The position numbers and the translations under genes are program-made. Shown here piece after piece: positions 22,298 through 31,599 of a stretch of DNA of 64,000 bases. Positions within the stretch are counted from its first letter, which is position 1, and each line of letters begins with the position of its first letter. The notes below the pieces were generated by a model, which worked only from the letters and a program-made list of their open reading frames with translations, ran no database searches and had not been told where the DNA came from. The stretch is from Planctomycetota bacterium (GTDB lineage Bacteria; Planctomycetota; B15-G4; SIAN01). The stretch is from the NCBI GenBank assembly GCA_031409275.1, contig JANNXA010000018.1:32001-96000 (forward strand), in the 5' to 3' direction.

Positions 22298-23173
22298 TCA
22301 GCGGGTCAGATGCGCGTCGAGGAAGTGGCGCAGGAGCAGCTCGTACTCCGCGGGCGAGTGCTTCAGCAGATCCTCGTGGTCGGCGCCGACGATCGCTGCG
22401 AGCTCCTTCGGAGCGCGGGCGGCGGCGAAGAGCGCTTGCGCCTGCGCGAAGCGGGTCGAGCGATCCTCGCGCCCGTGCAGCAGCAGCAGCGGACAGCCGA
22501 TTTGCGCGATGGTGTCGACGGGTCGAACGCTCGCCGCGTCGCAGCCGGTCGCGAATCGGTAGGCGCCGCTCGCCAGCGGTCGCAGCCCCGGCGCGAGCGG
22601 TCCGAGGTAGCGAGCGATGCGCTCCTCGATCGCCTGATCGAGCGTGGCGTAGGTCGATTCGAGGACGACGAAGCGCACGTCGAGCGGCGCGGGCGCCAGG
22701 CAGAGCGCGGCGCCGCCCATCGAGATGCCGATCGCCCCGATCGGCGCGCCGGGCCAGCGCTCGCGCAGCCAATGGAGAGCCGGTTGCACGAGCGCCGCTT
22801 CGCGCGCGCCGAGCGTCACGACGTCACCGGCGCTTTCGCCGTGGCCGGGCAGGTCGAGCAGCAGTGACGCGCAGCGCAGTCTCGCCAGCAGCTCTCCGCG
22901 ACCGCGCATCGCGCCGCGCGAGCTGCCGCGACCATGCAGCACGAGGAGCGCGGCACGCGGCGCAGCGATGGCGACGTCCCAGCCTGCGACGCGCGCGCCG
23001 TCGGAAAGCGCGAGCTCGACGCGCTGCGTCGTGAGGCCGGCGCCTTCGGGTGGCGCGCCGACATCGCGAGAGGTGGGTCGTGTGAGCCACCAGGTGCCAA
23101 GCGGCGGCAAGGTCATCAGCACGGCCAGCGCGATCAGCGCGAAGTGGAGTGGACGTCGGGGGCGCCAGTTCAT
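22298..23173 (-). CDS. Alpha/beta hydrolase with N-terminal membrane anchor
   Basis: LHG, DLPGHGES, GISMGG nucleophile elbow, LHGRED, GADH. Confidence 0.9.
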   Translation of the reverse strand: MNWRPRRPLHFALIALAVLMTLPPLGTWWLTRPTSRDVGAPPEGAGLTTQRVELALSDGARVAGWDVAIAAPRAALLVLHGRGSSRGAMRGRGELLARLRCASLLLDLPGHGESAGDVVTLGAREAALVQPALHWLRERWPGAPIGAIGISMGGAALCLAPAPLDVRFVVLESTYATLDQAIEERIARYLGPLAPGLRPLASGAYRFATGCDAASVRPVDTIAQIGCPLLLLHGREDRSTRFAQAQALFAAARAPKELAAIVGADHEDLLKHSPAEYELLLRHFLDAHLTR

Positions 23174-23256
23174 GGCGGCGGATCATCGCATGCACGTGCG
23201 GCTACCATCGCTGCGACCTGCATGAACGAATCGGAATGGAGCGTCGGACCTTCCCC

Positions 23257-24174
23257 ATGGCGATCGATCCAAGCTGGCCGCGCGCCGCCGACTGGTTGGC
23301 GGGACAACACCTTCCAGGCGCGCGCGCGACGCTCGGAGTGGTCGGCTTGCCGGTTGGCGTCGGCGCCGTGACGCCGGGTCGCTGCGACCTCGCGCCCGCC
23401 GCCGTCCGCAAGCGCCTCGCGCGCATGAGCACCTACGACCTCGAGGCCGACGTCGACGTGCGTGAACTCGTCGCGCGCGACCACGGGGACGCGCTGCTGG
23501 CCGCCCTCCCGCTCGACGCGATGTTCGAGCCGGCTCGCGCGGCGGTGGTGCGCGCGCTCGACGGCAGCGTGGCCACACTCGTGCTGGGCGGCCACGACGC
23601 CGTCACGCGCCCCGCATGCCGTGCGGTGGGCGAAGACGTCGAGCGGATCGGGTTGCTGACGCTCGACGCTCACTTCGATTTGCGCGACCTCGGCGGCGGC
23701 ATGTCGAACGGCAATCCAGTGCGCGCGCTGCTGGCGGACGGAGTCCCGGGCCGCAACGTCGTGCAGCTCGAGCTGCAGAGCTTCGCCAATTCGCGCGACT
23801 ACGCGGCAGTGGCGCGCGCGGCGCAGATCCACTTCGTCAGTGTCGACGCATGGCGCGAGCGCGGCATCGTGGCGACCGTCGTCGCGGCGCTCGACGAGCT
23901 GGCCCGGCGCGCCGATGCGATCTACGTCGATGTCGACCTCGACGTGCTCGACCGCTGCCATGTGCCCGGCGCCCCCGGCTCGCGACCCGGCGGCCTTGCG
24001 CCGCACGAGCTCCTGCGCGCCGTCACCGCGTGCGGCCGCCATGCGGCGGTGCGCGCGCTCGGCCTCGTCGAGGTCGACCCGCTGCGCGATGTCGCCGACC
24101 TGTCGACCTTCGCGGCGGCGAGCAGCGCGCTCGCCTTCGCCAGCGGCGTCGCGCAGCGCGCGCGCAAAGGCTGA
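23257..24174 (+). CDS. Arginase/ureohydrolase family protein (formimidoylglutamase-like)
   Basis: DAHFD, DLDVLD, PGSRPGG and VEVDP motifs; start may be 23236. Confidence 0.8.
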   Translation: MAIDPSWPRAADWLAGQHLPGARATLGVVGLPVGVGAVTPGRCDLAPAAVRKRLARMSTYDLEADVDVRELVARDHGDALLAALPLDAMFEPARAAVVRALDGSVATLVLGGHDAVTRPACRAVGEDVERIGLLTLDAHFDLRDLGGGMSNGNPVRALLADGVPGRNVVQLELQSFANSRDYAAVARAAQIHFVSVDAWRERGIVATVVAALDELARRADAIYVDVDLDVLDRCHVPGAPGSRPGGLAPHELLRAVTACGRHAAVRALGLVEVDPLRDVADLSTFAAASSALAFASGVAQRARKG

Positions 24175-24314
24175 CGCGACGCGTTGCGCTCGTCCGCTTC
24201 GAGCGGCTGGTGGCGTGCGGGCCCCTCCCAGCACAAGAGTGGCGCGATCACCCTGCGCTGTGAATGCGCTGCGGTACGCGGCAGCTCGTGACATGGACAC
24301 TATCCTCGCCGCCA

Positions 24315-25004
24315 ATGACGCGATTCGCGACGATCGGGCGGTGGTGCAGGCGCATCGCGTGGGCGCTGCTTTCCGTGCTGCTGCTCTACGGGACGGCGTT
24401 GCTGGTGCTGCCGCGCGTTGCGGTGAACCGCGATTGGCAGCTGCCGGACGCGGGGGTCGAGGTGGTGGTGCAGTCGAATGGCGTCCACACCGACTTCATC
24501 GTGCCGGTCGCCACCGCCGAGTTCGATTGGTCGCGCCATCTGCCACCCAGCGACTTCGAGGCGGTCGATGACCGCTTCCGCTGGATCTCGCTGGGTTGGG
24601 GCAGCCGCGCGTTCTATCTCGAGACCCCGAACTGGTCCGACCTGCGTCTTGCGACCGCGCTGCGCGCCGTGTCAGGAGTGGCGCCGACCGCGCTGCACGT
24701 GAGTTACCGTTTCACGCTGCCGCCGCTCGATGACCGTGCCCGTCGGGTTCGACTCACGCCGGCGCAGTACCGGCAGCTTTGCGACGAAGTGCTGGCGACC
24801 TTCGCGTGCGATGCGGCGGGCCGCGTGCAACGCATCGATGCGCCGGGCTACACGCCCTACGACCGCTTCTACGAGGCGCATGACCACTACAGCGCCATCG
24901 TCACGTGCAACGAGTGGACCGGCGCGCGGCTGCGCTCGATCGGAGTGAAGGTCGGCGTCTGGACGCCGTTGGCAGACGACGTCCTGCGCTTCCTGCCACG
25001 CTGA
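24315..25004 (+). CDS. TIGR02117/DUF2459 family protein
   Basis: SNGVHTD, GWGSRAFY, FYEA...Y...TCNEW motifs; N-terminal TM helix. Confidence 0.8.
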   Translation: MTRFATIGRWCRRIAWALLSVLLLYGTALLVLPRVAVNRDWQLPDAGVEVVVQSNGVHTDFIVPVATAEFDWSRHLPPSDFEAVDDRFRWISLGWGSRAFYLETPNWSDLRLATALRAVSGVAPTALHVSYRFTLPPLDDRARRVRLTPAQYRQLCDEVLATFACDAAGRVQRIDAPGYTPYDRFYEAHDHYSAIVTCNEWTGARLRSIGVKVGVWTPLADDVLRFLPR

Positions 25005-25027
25005 CGGGCGCGCTAGCGCCTCGACCG

Positions 25028-26395
25028 CTACGGCGGCGTCGCTTCGCGCGCACGGTCATCGAGCGCGATGCCGCGATAGCTCCAGCCGCACAGCGTGAGC
25101 CGCGGTAGCTGGGCGAGGCGCGCGTCGATGCGGGCGAGGCGCGCGGCGTGGCCCGGCCGGTACTGCGGAATGCCGGGACGATGGGGGAAGGCGGCCAGGA
25201 GGCGTGGCGTCCCGTCGATGCGCAGCAGCGGCGCGACCTGCTCGAAGGCGAGCTGCGCGATGGCGCGCGGGTCGTCGGGCAGCGTGAGCCGTTCGCCACC
25301 GACCATCGCGCGCAGCAGCACGTGGCCCGGCGGAGCGCGTCCCGGGAAGAGGGCGCTCTCGTAGAGGACGCCAAGCAGCGGCCGCTGTTCGCCCTTCGGC
25401 ACCAGGAACCCGAGCGCGTCGACGTTGCCGCCCACCTGCTCGCGCCGGACGCCGATGGCGACCACCGCGACGTTCGCGGCCGCGATCCCCGCGAGTTCCG
25501 CGGCCAGCGTCCGATCGAGCGGCGCGAGCAGCGGCGCCGCCTCCGACGCGGGCGTGGCAAGGCAGAGCCGTCGCGTGCGCCAAGTCGCCGAGCTGGCCGC
25601 TCCTGACGTCGTGACGGTCGCGACGCGATAGGTGCCGTCCGCCTCGCGCGCGAGCGATGCCACCCGCACGTTGCAATGGATCACGCCACGCAACTTCTCC
25701 GCGAGCCGCGCCACCAGCGCGCCGGTCCCGCCGCGCAGCGCCGCGAGAAGCGGTCGCGGCGGCGGCGCTTCGCGTTGGAGGAGGCTCTTCACCAACGAGC
25801 GGTAGCGCTCCTCGAGCGCCACCATGCGCGGGAAGACGGAGCGCGCCTCGAGCCGTTCGGGGTCGCCGGCGAAGATCCCGGTCACCACCGCGTCGAGCAG
25901 CGGCGCGACCATGCCGCGGCCGAAGCGCCGCTCGATGAAGCGCGCGAGCGTCTCGTCGTCGTGGGGGCCGCCGGCGCGGCGCGCGACGAACGGCTCGCGC
26001 AACAGCCGCAGCTTGGCAAGCGGCGCGATCAGCGGTGTCGCGAGCAGCGAGATCAGCCCCGACGGCGCCGCGCAGAGCCGTCCGCGGTGGAGCACGAAGC
26101 GGCGCGCGGCGGCGGGACCTGCGGCGCAAAGCTCCGGCGCGAGACCAAGCTCCTCGATCAGCGCGTGGATCGCCGCGGCGCCGCGGCGGATCGACGAGGC
26201 GGCGCGCTCGATCAGGAATCCATCGTGCCGCTCGCTCGCCACCACGCCGCCCGGTGTCGCCGCCGACTCCAGCACGACGACGTCCGCGCGGGGGTCGGCG
26301 TTCCGTGCGCGCCACGCCGCCAGCAACCCTGCCAGTCCGCCGCCCACCACCACGAGGTCGTGGCGGGGCGCCGCGTCGTCACCGCAGAGCGGCAT
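25028..26395 (-). CDS. hemY: Protoporphyrinogen oxidase (HemY/PgoX, FAD-dependent)
   Basis: VVGGGLAGL FAD motif, GIFAGDP, GFLVP, IPQY; heme cluster context. Confidence 0.9.
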   Translation of the reverse strand: MPLCGDDAAPRHDLVVVGGGLAGLLAAWRARNADPRADVVVLESAATPGGVVASERHDGFLIERAASSIRRGAAAIHALIEELGLAPELCAAGPAAARRFVLHRGRLCAAPSGLISLLATPLIAPLAKLRLLREPFVARRAGGPHDDETLARFIERRFGRGMVAPLLDAVVTGIFAGDPERLEARSVFPRMVALEERYRSLVKSLLQREAPPPRPLLAALRGGTGALVARLAEKLRGVIHCNVRVASLAREADGTYRVATVTTSGAASSATWRTRRLCLATPASEAAPLLAPLDRTLAAELAGIAAANVAVVAIGVRREQVGGNVDALGFLVPKGEQRPLLGVLYESALFPGRAPPGHVLLRAMVGGERLTLPDDPRAIAQLAFEQVAPLLRIDGTPRLLAAFPHRPGIPQYRPGHAARLARIDARLAQLPRLTLCGWSYRGIALDDRAREATPP

Positions 26396-27389
26396 GCACC
26401 TGCGCCGCCAACGCGTCGATGAAGTCGCGACGCACGTCGAGCGCCGGTGTTCGCACGAAGGTCGCGATGCCGGCGGCGCGCGCCTCGGCGGCGAGCTCGA
26501 CGTCGATCTCGTGCACCGTCTCGATGTGGTCGGAGACGAAGCTGATCGGCACGATCACGAGCGATCGGCAGCCCGCGCCTCCCAGCCGATGGAGCGTGTT
26601 CGAGGTGGCCGGTTCGAGCCACTTCACCGGACCCGCGCGGCTCTGGAAGGAGAGTTCGACCGGGCCGGCGAAGTCGCGCAGCCGGGCACGGACGCCCGCA
26701 AGCGTGGCCTCGATCTCGGAGAGGTAGGGGTCGCCGTCGTCGACGATGCGCTGCGGCAGTCCGTGCGCGGAAAAGAGGAGCGTCGGCTCGCCGTTGCCGG
26801 CGGCGCGCGCCCGCGCGATCCCCTCCTCGACGCACGCGGTGAGCGCCGCGAGGTAGGCCGGATCACGCGCGTAGCTTTCGACGAGGGTGCGCGGCAGCGC
26901 CGGCGTCTCGCGAGTCGCCAGCGCATCGAGTTCGCGCCAGCTCGATCCGGTGGTTGCACGGCAGAAGTGCGGGTAGAGCGGCAGCGCGATCAAACGCTGC
27001 ACGCCGGCCGCGCGCAGCTCGGCCAGCGCGTCGGACGCGCGCGGCGCCCAGTAACGCATCGCCGTGCGAACGACGAAGCGCCGCTCGTTCGCGCCATCGT
27101 TCAACCGTTCTTCGAGCGCCCGCTCCTGCGCACGCGTCCGCGGCAGCAGCGGCGAGCCTCCGACCGCCGCGTAGTTCTTCCGCACTCCTGGCGCGCGCAG
27201 CGTCGCGATCAGCCACGCCAGCGCGTGGCGCACCGGCGCACCGCCCGGCAGCTTCAGCACTTCCGGGTCGCGAAAGAGCTCCAGCAGGAACGGGCGCACC
27301 GCCTCGGGACGGTCGGGTCCGCCGAGGTTCAGCAGCACGACTCCGATCGGGGAGTTCGCGCGCGCGATCGTTGCGCGGTGGCGGTGCAT
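26379..27389 (-). CDS. hemH: Ferrochelatase
   Basis: LLNLGGP, LPLYPHF, FSAHGLP, FQSRAGPVKWLEP, FVSDHIET. Confidence 0.95.
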   Translation of the reverse strand: MHRHRATIARANSPIGVVLLNLGGPDRPEAVRPFLLELFRDPEVLKLPGGAPVRHALAWLIATLRAPGVRKNYAAVGGSPLLPRTRAQERALEERLNDGANERRFVVRTAMRYWAPRASDALAELRAAGVQRLIALPLYPHFCRATTGSSWRELDALATRETPALPRTLVESYARDPAYLAALTACVEEGIARARAAGNGEPTLLFSAHGLPQRIVDDGDPYLSEIEATLAGVRARLRDFAGPVELSFQSRAGPVKWLEPATSNTLHRLGGAGCRSLVIVPISFVSDHIETVHEIDVELAAEARAAGIATFVRTPALDVRRDFIDALAAQVHAALR

Positions 27390-27395
27390 CGTTTC

Positions 27396-28799
27396 CTAGA
27401 CCGTCTGGGAGAAGCGCGGGCCGCTGCCGGCGGACGCACTCTCGACGAAGGTGTCGAATCGCATTGCCACGTTGCGAGCGAGGTATCTGCCGGGGCCGGT
27501 CAGTTCGAGCGTGGCGCCCTCGATCACCAGCAGTCCGTCAGCGACGAACGGCGCCAGTTGCTCGAACTCCCGCGCGAAGTGGGCGGCGAAGTCGACACCG
27601 TGGCGCGCACCGATCGCCGCGCCGTCGACGCGCAGCAGGCAGAGCAGCGAGCGGATCACGTCGCGCCGCAGCGCGTCCTCCTGCGAAAGCGCAAACCCGC
27701 GCCGCGTGGCGAGTCCGTGCTGCCGGATCGCTGCGGTCCACTCGGGAAGCGTCTCGTGGTTCTGCGCGTACAGGCGGTCGAGCTCGCCGATCGCGGAGGG
27801 GCCGAGGCCCACGGCGTGGTCGGCGTGGCGCACCGCGAAGCCCATGAAGTTGCGTGTCAGCGTCCCGTTGGCTCGCGCGGCGAAGAGCGGATCGGTCGGC
27901 CGCGCGAAGTGGTCGAAGCCGATCGATGCGTAGCCGGCCGCTTCGAGGCGTTCGACGGCGAGCTCGTACAGGTCGCGCCGCAGCGGAGGCGCAGGGAGCG
28001 TCGCCTCGTCGATCGACCGCTGCTGCTTCTTCAGCCACGGAACATGGGCGTAGCCGTAGACCGCGAGGCGATCGGGCCCCATCGCGATCACCTGGTCGAG
28101 CGTGCGCGCGAAGCCGGCAAGCGTCTGCCTGGGCAGTCCGTAGATGAGGTCGACGTTGATGCTGCCGAAGCCGCGCGTGCGCGCGTGCGCAAAGAGACTC
28201 GCGGTTTCCTCGTGGGTCTGGAAGCGATGGATGGCCGCCTGCACCTCGGGTGAGAGATCCTGCACGCCCATCGAGAGGCGCGTGAAGCCGCGCTCCGCGA
28301 GCAGGTCGAGCTGTGCCGGGCGCGTCACGTGCGGATGGACTTCGAGGCCCTTCTCGCGGCAGTCCGCGAAGTCGAAGCGCGCCTCGAGCAGATCGAGCAG
28401 TTGAGCGAGCTGCGCCTCGTCGAGGTGGGTCGGCGTGCCGCCGCCGAGGTGGAGCGCCCCGATTGTGAGCGGCCGGCCGGCGGCGCGCGCGACCGCGTCG
28501 ACCTCGCGCGAGAGCGTCGCGAGGTAGTCGACCACTGGCTCGCGCTTCTTCGTGATGAAGGTGTGGCAGCCGCAGAAGGTGCAGAGCTGCTCGCAGAACG
28601 GCAGGTGCACGTAGATCTCGCCGTCGGCGCGTCCGGCGACGGCGTGCGCGCGCCCGAGTGCTGCGAGCTCGTCGGCGAGCTGCCGCGGCCCGATCGCGTC
28701 GCTCCAGCTCGGGACGGGCGGATAGCTCGTGTAGCGCGGACCGTTCTTGCCGTACTTGACCAGCAACTCGTCGGCGACGCGCGGCGGAGCGAGGCTCAT
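27396..28799 (-). CDS. hemN: Oxygen-independent coproporphyrinogen III dehydrogenase
   Basis: GPRYTSYP, YVHLPFCEQLCTFCGC radical SAM motif, GGGTPT, DHFA, RNFMG. Confidence 0.95.
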   Translation of the reverse strand: MSLAPPRVADELLVKYGKNGPRYTSYPPVPSWSDAIGPRQLADELAALGRAHAVAGRADGEIYVHLPFCEQLCTFCGCHTFITKKREPVVDYLATLSREVDAVARAAGRPLTIGALHLGGGTPTHLDEAQLAQLLDLLEARFDFADCREKGLEVHPHVTRPAQLDLLAERGFTRLSMGVQDLSPEVQAAIHRFQTHEETASLFAHARTRGFGSINVDLIYGLPRQTLAGFARTLDQVIAMGPDRLAVYGYAHVPWLKKQQRSIDEATLPAPPLRRDLYELAVERLEAAGYASIGFDHFARPTDPLFAARANGTLTRNFMGFAVRHADHAVGLGPSAIGELDRLYAQNHETLPEWTAAIRQHGLATRRGFALSQEDALRRDVIRSLLCLLRVDGAAIGARHGVDFAAHFAREFEQLAPFVADGLLVIEGATLELTGPGRYLARNVAMRFDTFVESASAGSGPRFSQTV

Positions 28800-29863
28800 G
28801 GCGACACCAACGCGTCGACCAGTGCGGCGACGCAATCGGGCTTCGCCTCGGGCGTGATGCCGTGGCCGAGGTTGGCGATGAAGCGCGAGCGCGGCGCCAT
28901 CGCGCGGCGCAGCGCGAGGGCCGCCGCAGCCGCCTGTTCGGGTGCGCCGAGCAGCAGCGCCGGGTCGAGGTTGCCCTGCACGGTCACGTGCGCCGGTACG
29001 CTCGCCGCGAACTCCGGGAGGTCGATGGTCCAGTCGACCGCGATGCCATCCGCGCCCGTCTCGAGCGCGAGCCGTGCGTGGTCGGCCGAGCCGCGCAGAA
29101 ACCAGAGGACGGGCACGCCGAGCGATCGCACCCGCGTGACGAGATGGCGCGCTGCCGGCAACACGAGGCGGCGCCACTGCGATGGCGGCAGCAGCCCGCC
29201 CCAGCTGTCGAAGAGCTGCACCGCTTGCGCGCCCCCTTCGACCTGCAGCGCGAGGTAGCTCGCCACGCCATCGGCGAGCTTCTCCAGCAGCGCAGCGAAG
29301 CTCGCCTCGTCGGCGTTCGCCAGCGCGCGCGCCTTCTCGAAGCCCTTGGCTCCCTTGCCTTGCAGCAGGTAGAGCGCCAGCGTGAGCGGCGCGCCGGAGA
29401 AGCCGATGCGCGCGACGTGGAGCGGCAGTTCGCGCTCGAGCAGTCGCAGCGTGCGCGCCGGCGCCGTCACGGCATCGTTCGGCTCGAACCGCGCGGGCGT
29501 CGCCGCCGCTTTCGCGTCGCGTGGGCCGTCGATCACTTCAGGGCCGTGGTCGCCGTAGCGGACGGTCCAGCCGAGTCCCTCGAACGGCACCAGCAGGTCG
29601 GAGAAGACGATCGCCGCGTCGAGCGCGAATCGGCGAATCGGCTGCAGCGTCACCTCGCATGCGGCGGCCGGATCGGCGCAGAGGTCGCCAAACGCGATCT
29701 TCTCGCGCAGCGCGCGGTACTCCGGCAGGTAGCGACCCGCCTGGCGATAGAGCCACGTCGGCGGATGGTCGACCGGCTCGCCGGCGAGCGCGCGCAACAG
29801 CAACGGCCGGGTGGCGGGACGCGGGGCGGTGAGCGGGGTGGCGAGCGGGATCGCAGGGGTCAC
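28796..29863 (-). CDS. hemE: Uroporphyrinogen decarboxylase
   Basis: RQAGRYLPEYR, DAAIVFSDLL, QLFDSW, QGNLDP, NLGHGI. Confidence 0.95.
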   Translation of the reverse strand: MTPAIPLATPLTAPRPATRPLLLRALAGEPVDHPPTWLYRQAGRYLPEYRALREKIAFGDLCADPAAACEVTLQPIRRFALDAAIVFSDLLVPFEGLGWTVRYGDHGPEVIDGPRDAKAAATPARFEPNDAVTAPARTLRLLERELPLHVARIGFSGAPLTLALYLLQGKGAKGFEKARALANADEASFAALLEKLADGVASYLALQVEGGAQAVQLFDSWGGLLPPSQWRRLVLPAARHLVTRVRSLGVPVLWFLRGSADHARLALETGADGIAVDWTIDLPEFAASVPAHVTVQGNLDPALLLGAPEQAAAAALALRRAMAPRSRFIANLGHGITPEAKPDCVAALVDALVSP

Positions 29864-30588
29864 GGCGGGCTCCTCGGTTCGGGCGTCACGGCGAGCCGAT
29901 AGCCGATGCCGCGATGGGTGTGCAGCCACTGCGGATGGCTCGCGTCGGCCTCGATCACGCGGCGCAGCTTCATCACGAAGTTGTCGACGGTGCGCTCGGT
30001 CGGGTCGGCCTGCGGCCCCCAGACCTTGTCGAGCAGTTCGCCGCGTCGCACCACCTGCCCGCGCCGCTCGGCGAGGTAGCGCAGGAGGTCGAACTCCTTG
30101 CCGCTCAGCCGATGGACCGCTCCGTCGATCTCGACCTCGCCGCTTTTCAGGTTGATGCGCGCGGTGCCGAGTCGCAGCACGCTGCGGCCGTAGACCGGCG
30201 ATGCGGAGCGCTCGCGGCGGCGCAGCAGCGCGGCGACGCGCGCCAGGAGTTCGCGCAGGTCGAACGGCTTGGCGAGGTAGTCGTCGCCGCCCGCCTGCAG
30301 GCCGCGCACGCGCTCGGCCGTCGAGCCGAGCGCGGAAAGGAACAGGATCGGGGTGTCGGCGTCGACGGCGCGCAGCCGCGCGCAGAACTCGAATCCGTCG
30401 AGGCCGGGCAGCATCACGTCGAGCACGACGAGGTCGATGCCGCCCACCTCGGCCAGCGCGAGCGCCTGCGCACCGTCGCCGCAAACCTGCACCAGGTGCC
30501 CTTCGTGGGCAAGGTTGATGCGGAGCGCCTCGGCGATGCCGGAGTCGTCCTCGACGACGAGCAGACGGGCGGCGAGCGCCGTGCTCAT
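29860..30588 (-). CDS. OmpR-family response regulator
   Basis: VVEDD, LDVMLPGLDG, DDYLAKPF, winged-helix RTVDNF...HRGIGY. Confidence 0.95.
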   Translation of the reverse strand: MSTALAARLLVVEDDSGIAEALRINLAHEGHLVQVCGDGAQALALAEVGGIDLVVLDVMLPGLDGFEFCARLRAVDADTPILFLSALGSTAERVRGLQAGGDDYLAKPFDLRELLARVAALLRRRERSASPVYGRSVLRLGTARINLKSGEVEIDGAVHRLSGKEFDLLRYLAERRGQVVRRGELLDKVWGPQADPTERTVDNFVMKLRRVIEADASHPQWLHTHRGIGYRLAVTPEPRSPP

Positions 30589-31589
30589 GCGCGTGCCTCC
30601 AGCAGCGGCAAGGTGAAGGCGAACGTGGCCCCGCAGTTGGCGCCAGCGCTGTGCGCCGCGACGCTGCCGCCATGCAGCGCGACGATCTCGCGCACCAGCC
30701 ACAGCCCGAGGCCCAATCCGGGGCGGCTGCGATCGGCGGGCGCGGCGCCGCGCTGGAAGCGGTCGAAGAGCTCGAGCGCTTGGCTCTGCTCGAAACCGAC
30801 GCCGCGGTCGATGACCGAGAGCTTGGCCGCGGCGCCGTCGCGCTCGACGGTCACGGTGAGGTGGGGCGCCTCGTGCGAGTACTTGAGCGCGTTGTCGAGC
30901 AGGTTGCCGAGCGCGCTCTGCAACAGCGATGGGTCGGCGCGAACCGAGAGGCCCGGCGCGATGCGGCGCACCAGCGTCGCGCCGCGCGATTCGAGGAGCG
31001 GAGCGCGCTGCGCGAGGCCGCGCTCCACCTCGGCGGCGAGGTCGAGGGCGATGAAGGTCGCGCGCAGCTTGCCGGCGTGGAGGCGTCCGGCGGCCAGGAC
31101 GTTGTCGACGAGGTCCTCGAGGCGGCGCGCGTTGGCCACGAGCGTCTGCGCGAGGCGGGCGCGGTCGGCGTCGCTGCCACGGTGGAGCTCGATCGATTGG
31201 GCGGCGAGCATGAGTGACGTGAGCGGGGTCTTGAAGTCATGGCTCACGGCGGCGAGCAGCTGGTTCTGCTCGTGCTCACGCGTGAGCTCGCGGCCCATCA
31301 GCCAGTAGATGCTGACGACGCCGCCGATCAGTGCCGCCGCGAGGAACGCCCCTTCCGCCACCGCCATGCGTTCACGGCTCTTGCGGATCGACTCGGCGTG
31401 CTCGGACGTGTCGCCGAGCTGCACTGCCGCGACGACGTCGCGCCGCGCCTCACGGAGCTGGAAGTAGATCCACCAGCCGATCTGCGCCAGGCAAAGCGTG
31501 ACCACCGCGAAGATGACGATGCGGGCGCGCCGAAAGCGGACGGCGCGGACGGTGTCGGCGGCGGCGGCGGCGGTCGCAGTCGCGGTCAT
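30585..31589 (-). CDS. Membrane sensor histidine kinase
   Basis: Two TM helices, H-box SHDFKTPL, N-box NLLDNALKY, DRGVG, GLGLGL. Confidence 0.93.
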   Translation of the reverse strand: MTATATAAAAADTVRAVRFRRARIVIFAVVTLCLAQIGWWIYFQLREARRDVVAAVQLGDTSEHAESIRKSRERMAVAEGAFLAAALIGGVVSIYWLMGRELTREHEQNQLLAAVSHDFKTPLTSLMLAAQSIELHRGSDADRARLAQTLVANARRLEDLVDNVLAAGRLHAGKLRATFIALDLAAEVERGLAQRAPLLESRGATLVRRIAPGLSVRADPSLLQSALGNLLDNALKYSHEAPHLTVTVERDGAAAKLSVIDRGVGFEQSQALELFDRFQRGAAPADRSRPGLGLGLWLVREIVALHGGSVAAHSAGANCGATFAFTLPLLEARA

Positions 31590-31599
31590 GCAGGCTCCT

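Noticed and set aside
25824..28253. 809-aa plus-strand ORF
   Set aside because: Antisense to hemY, hemH and hemN; Arg/Ala-rich with no family features.
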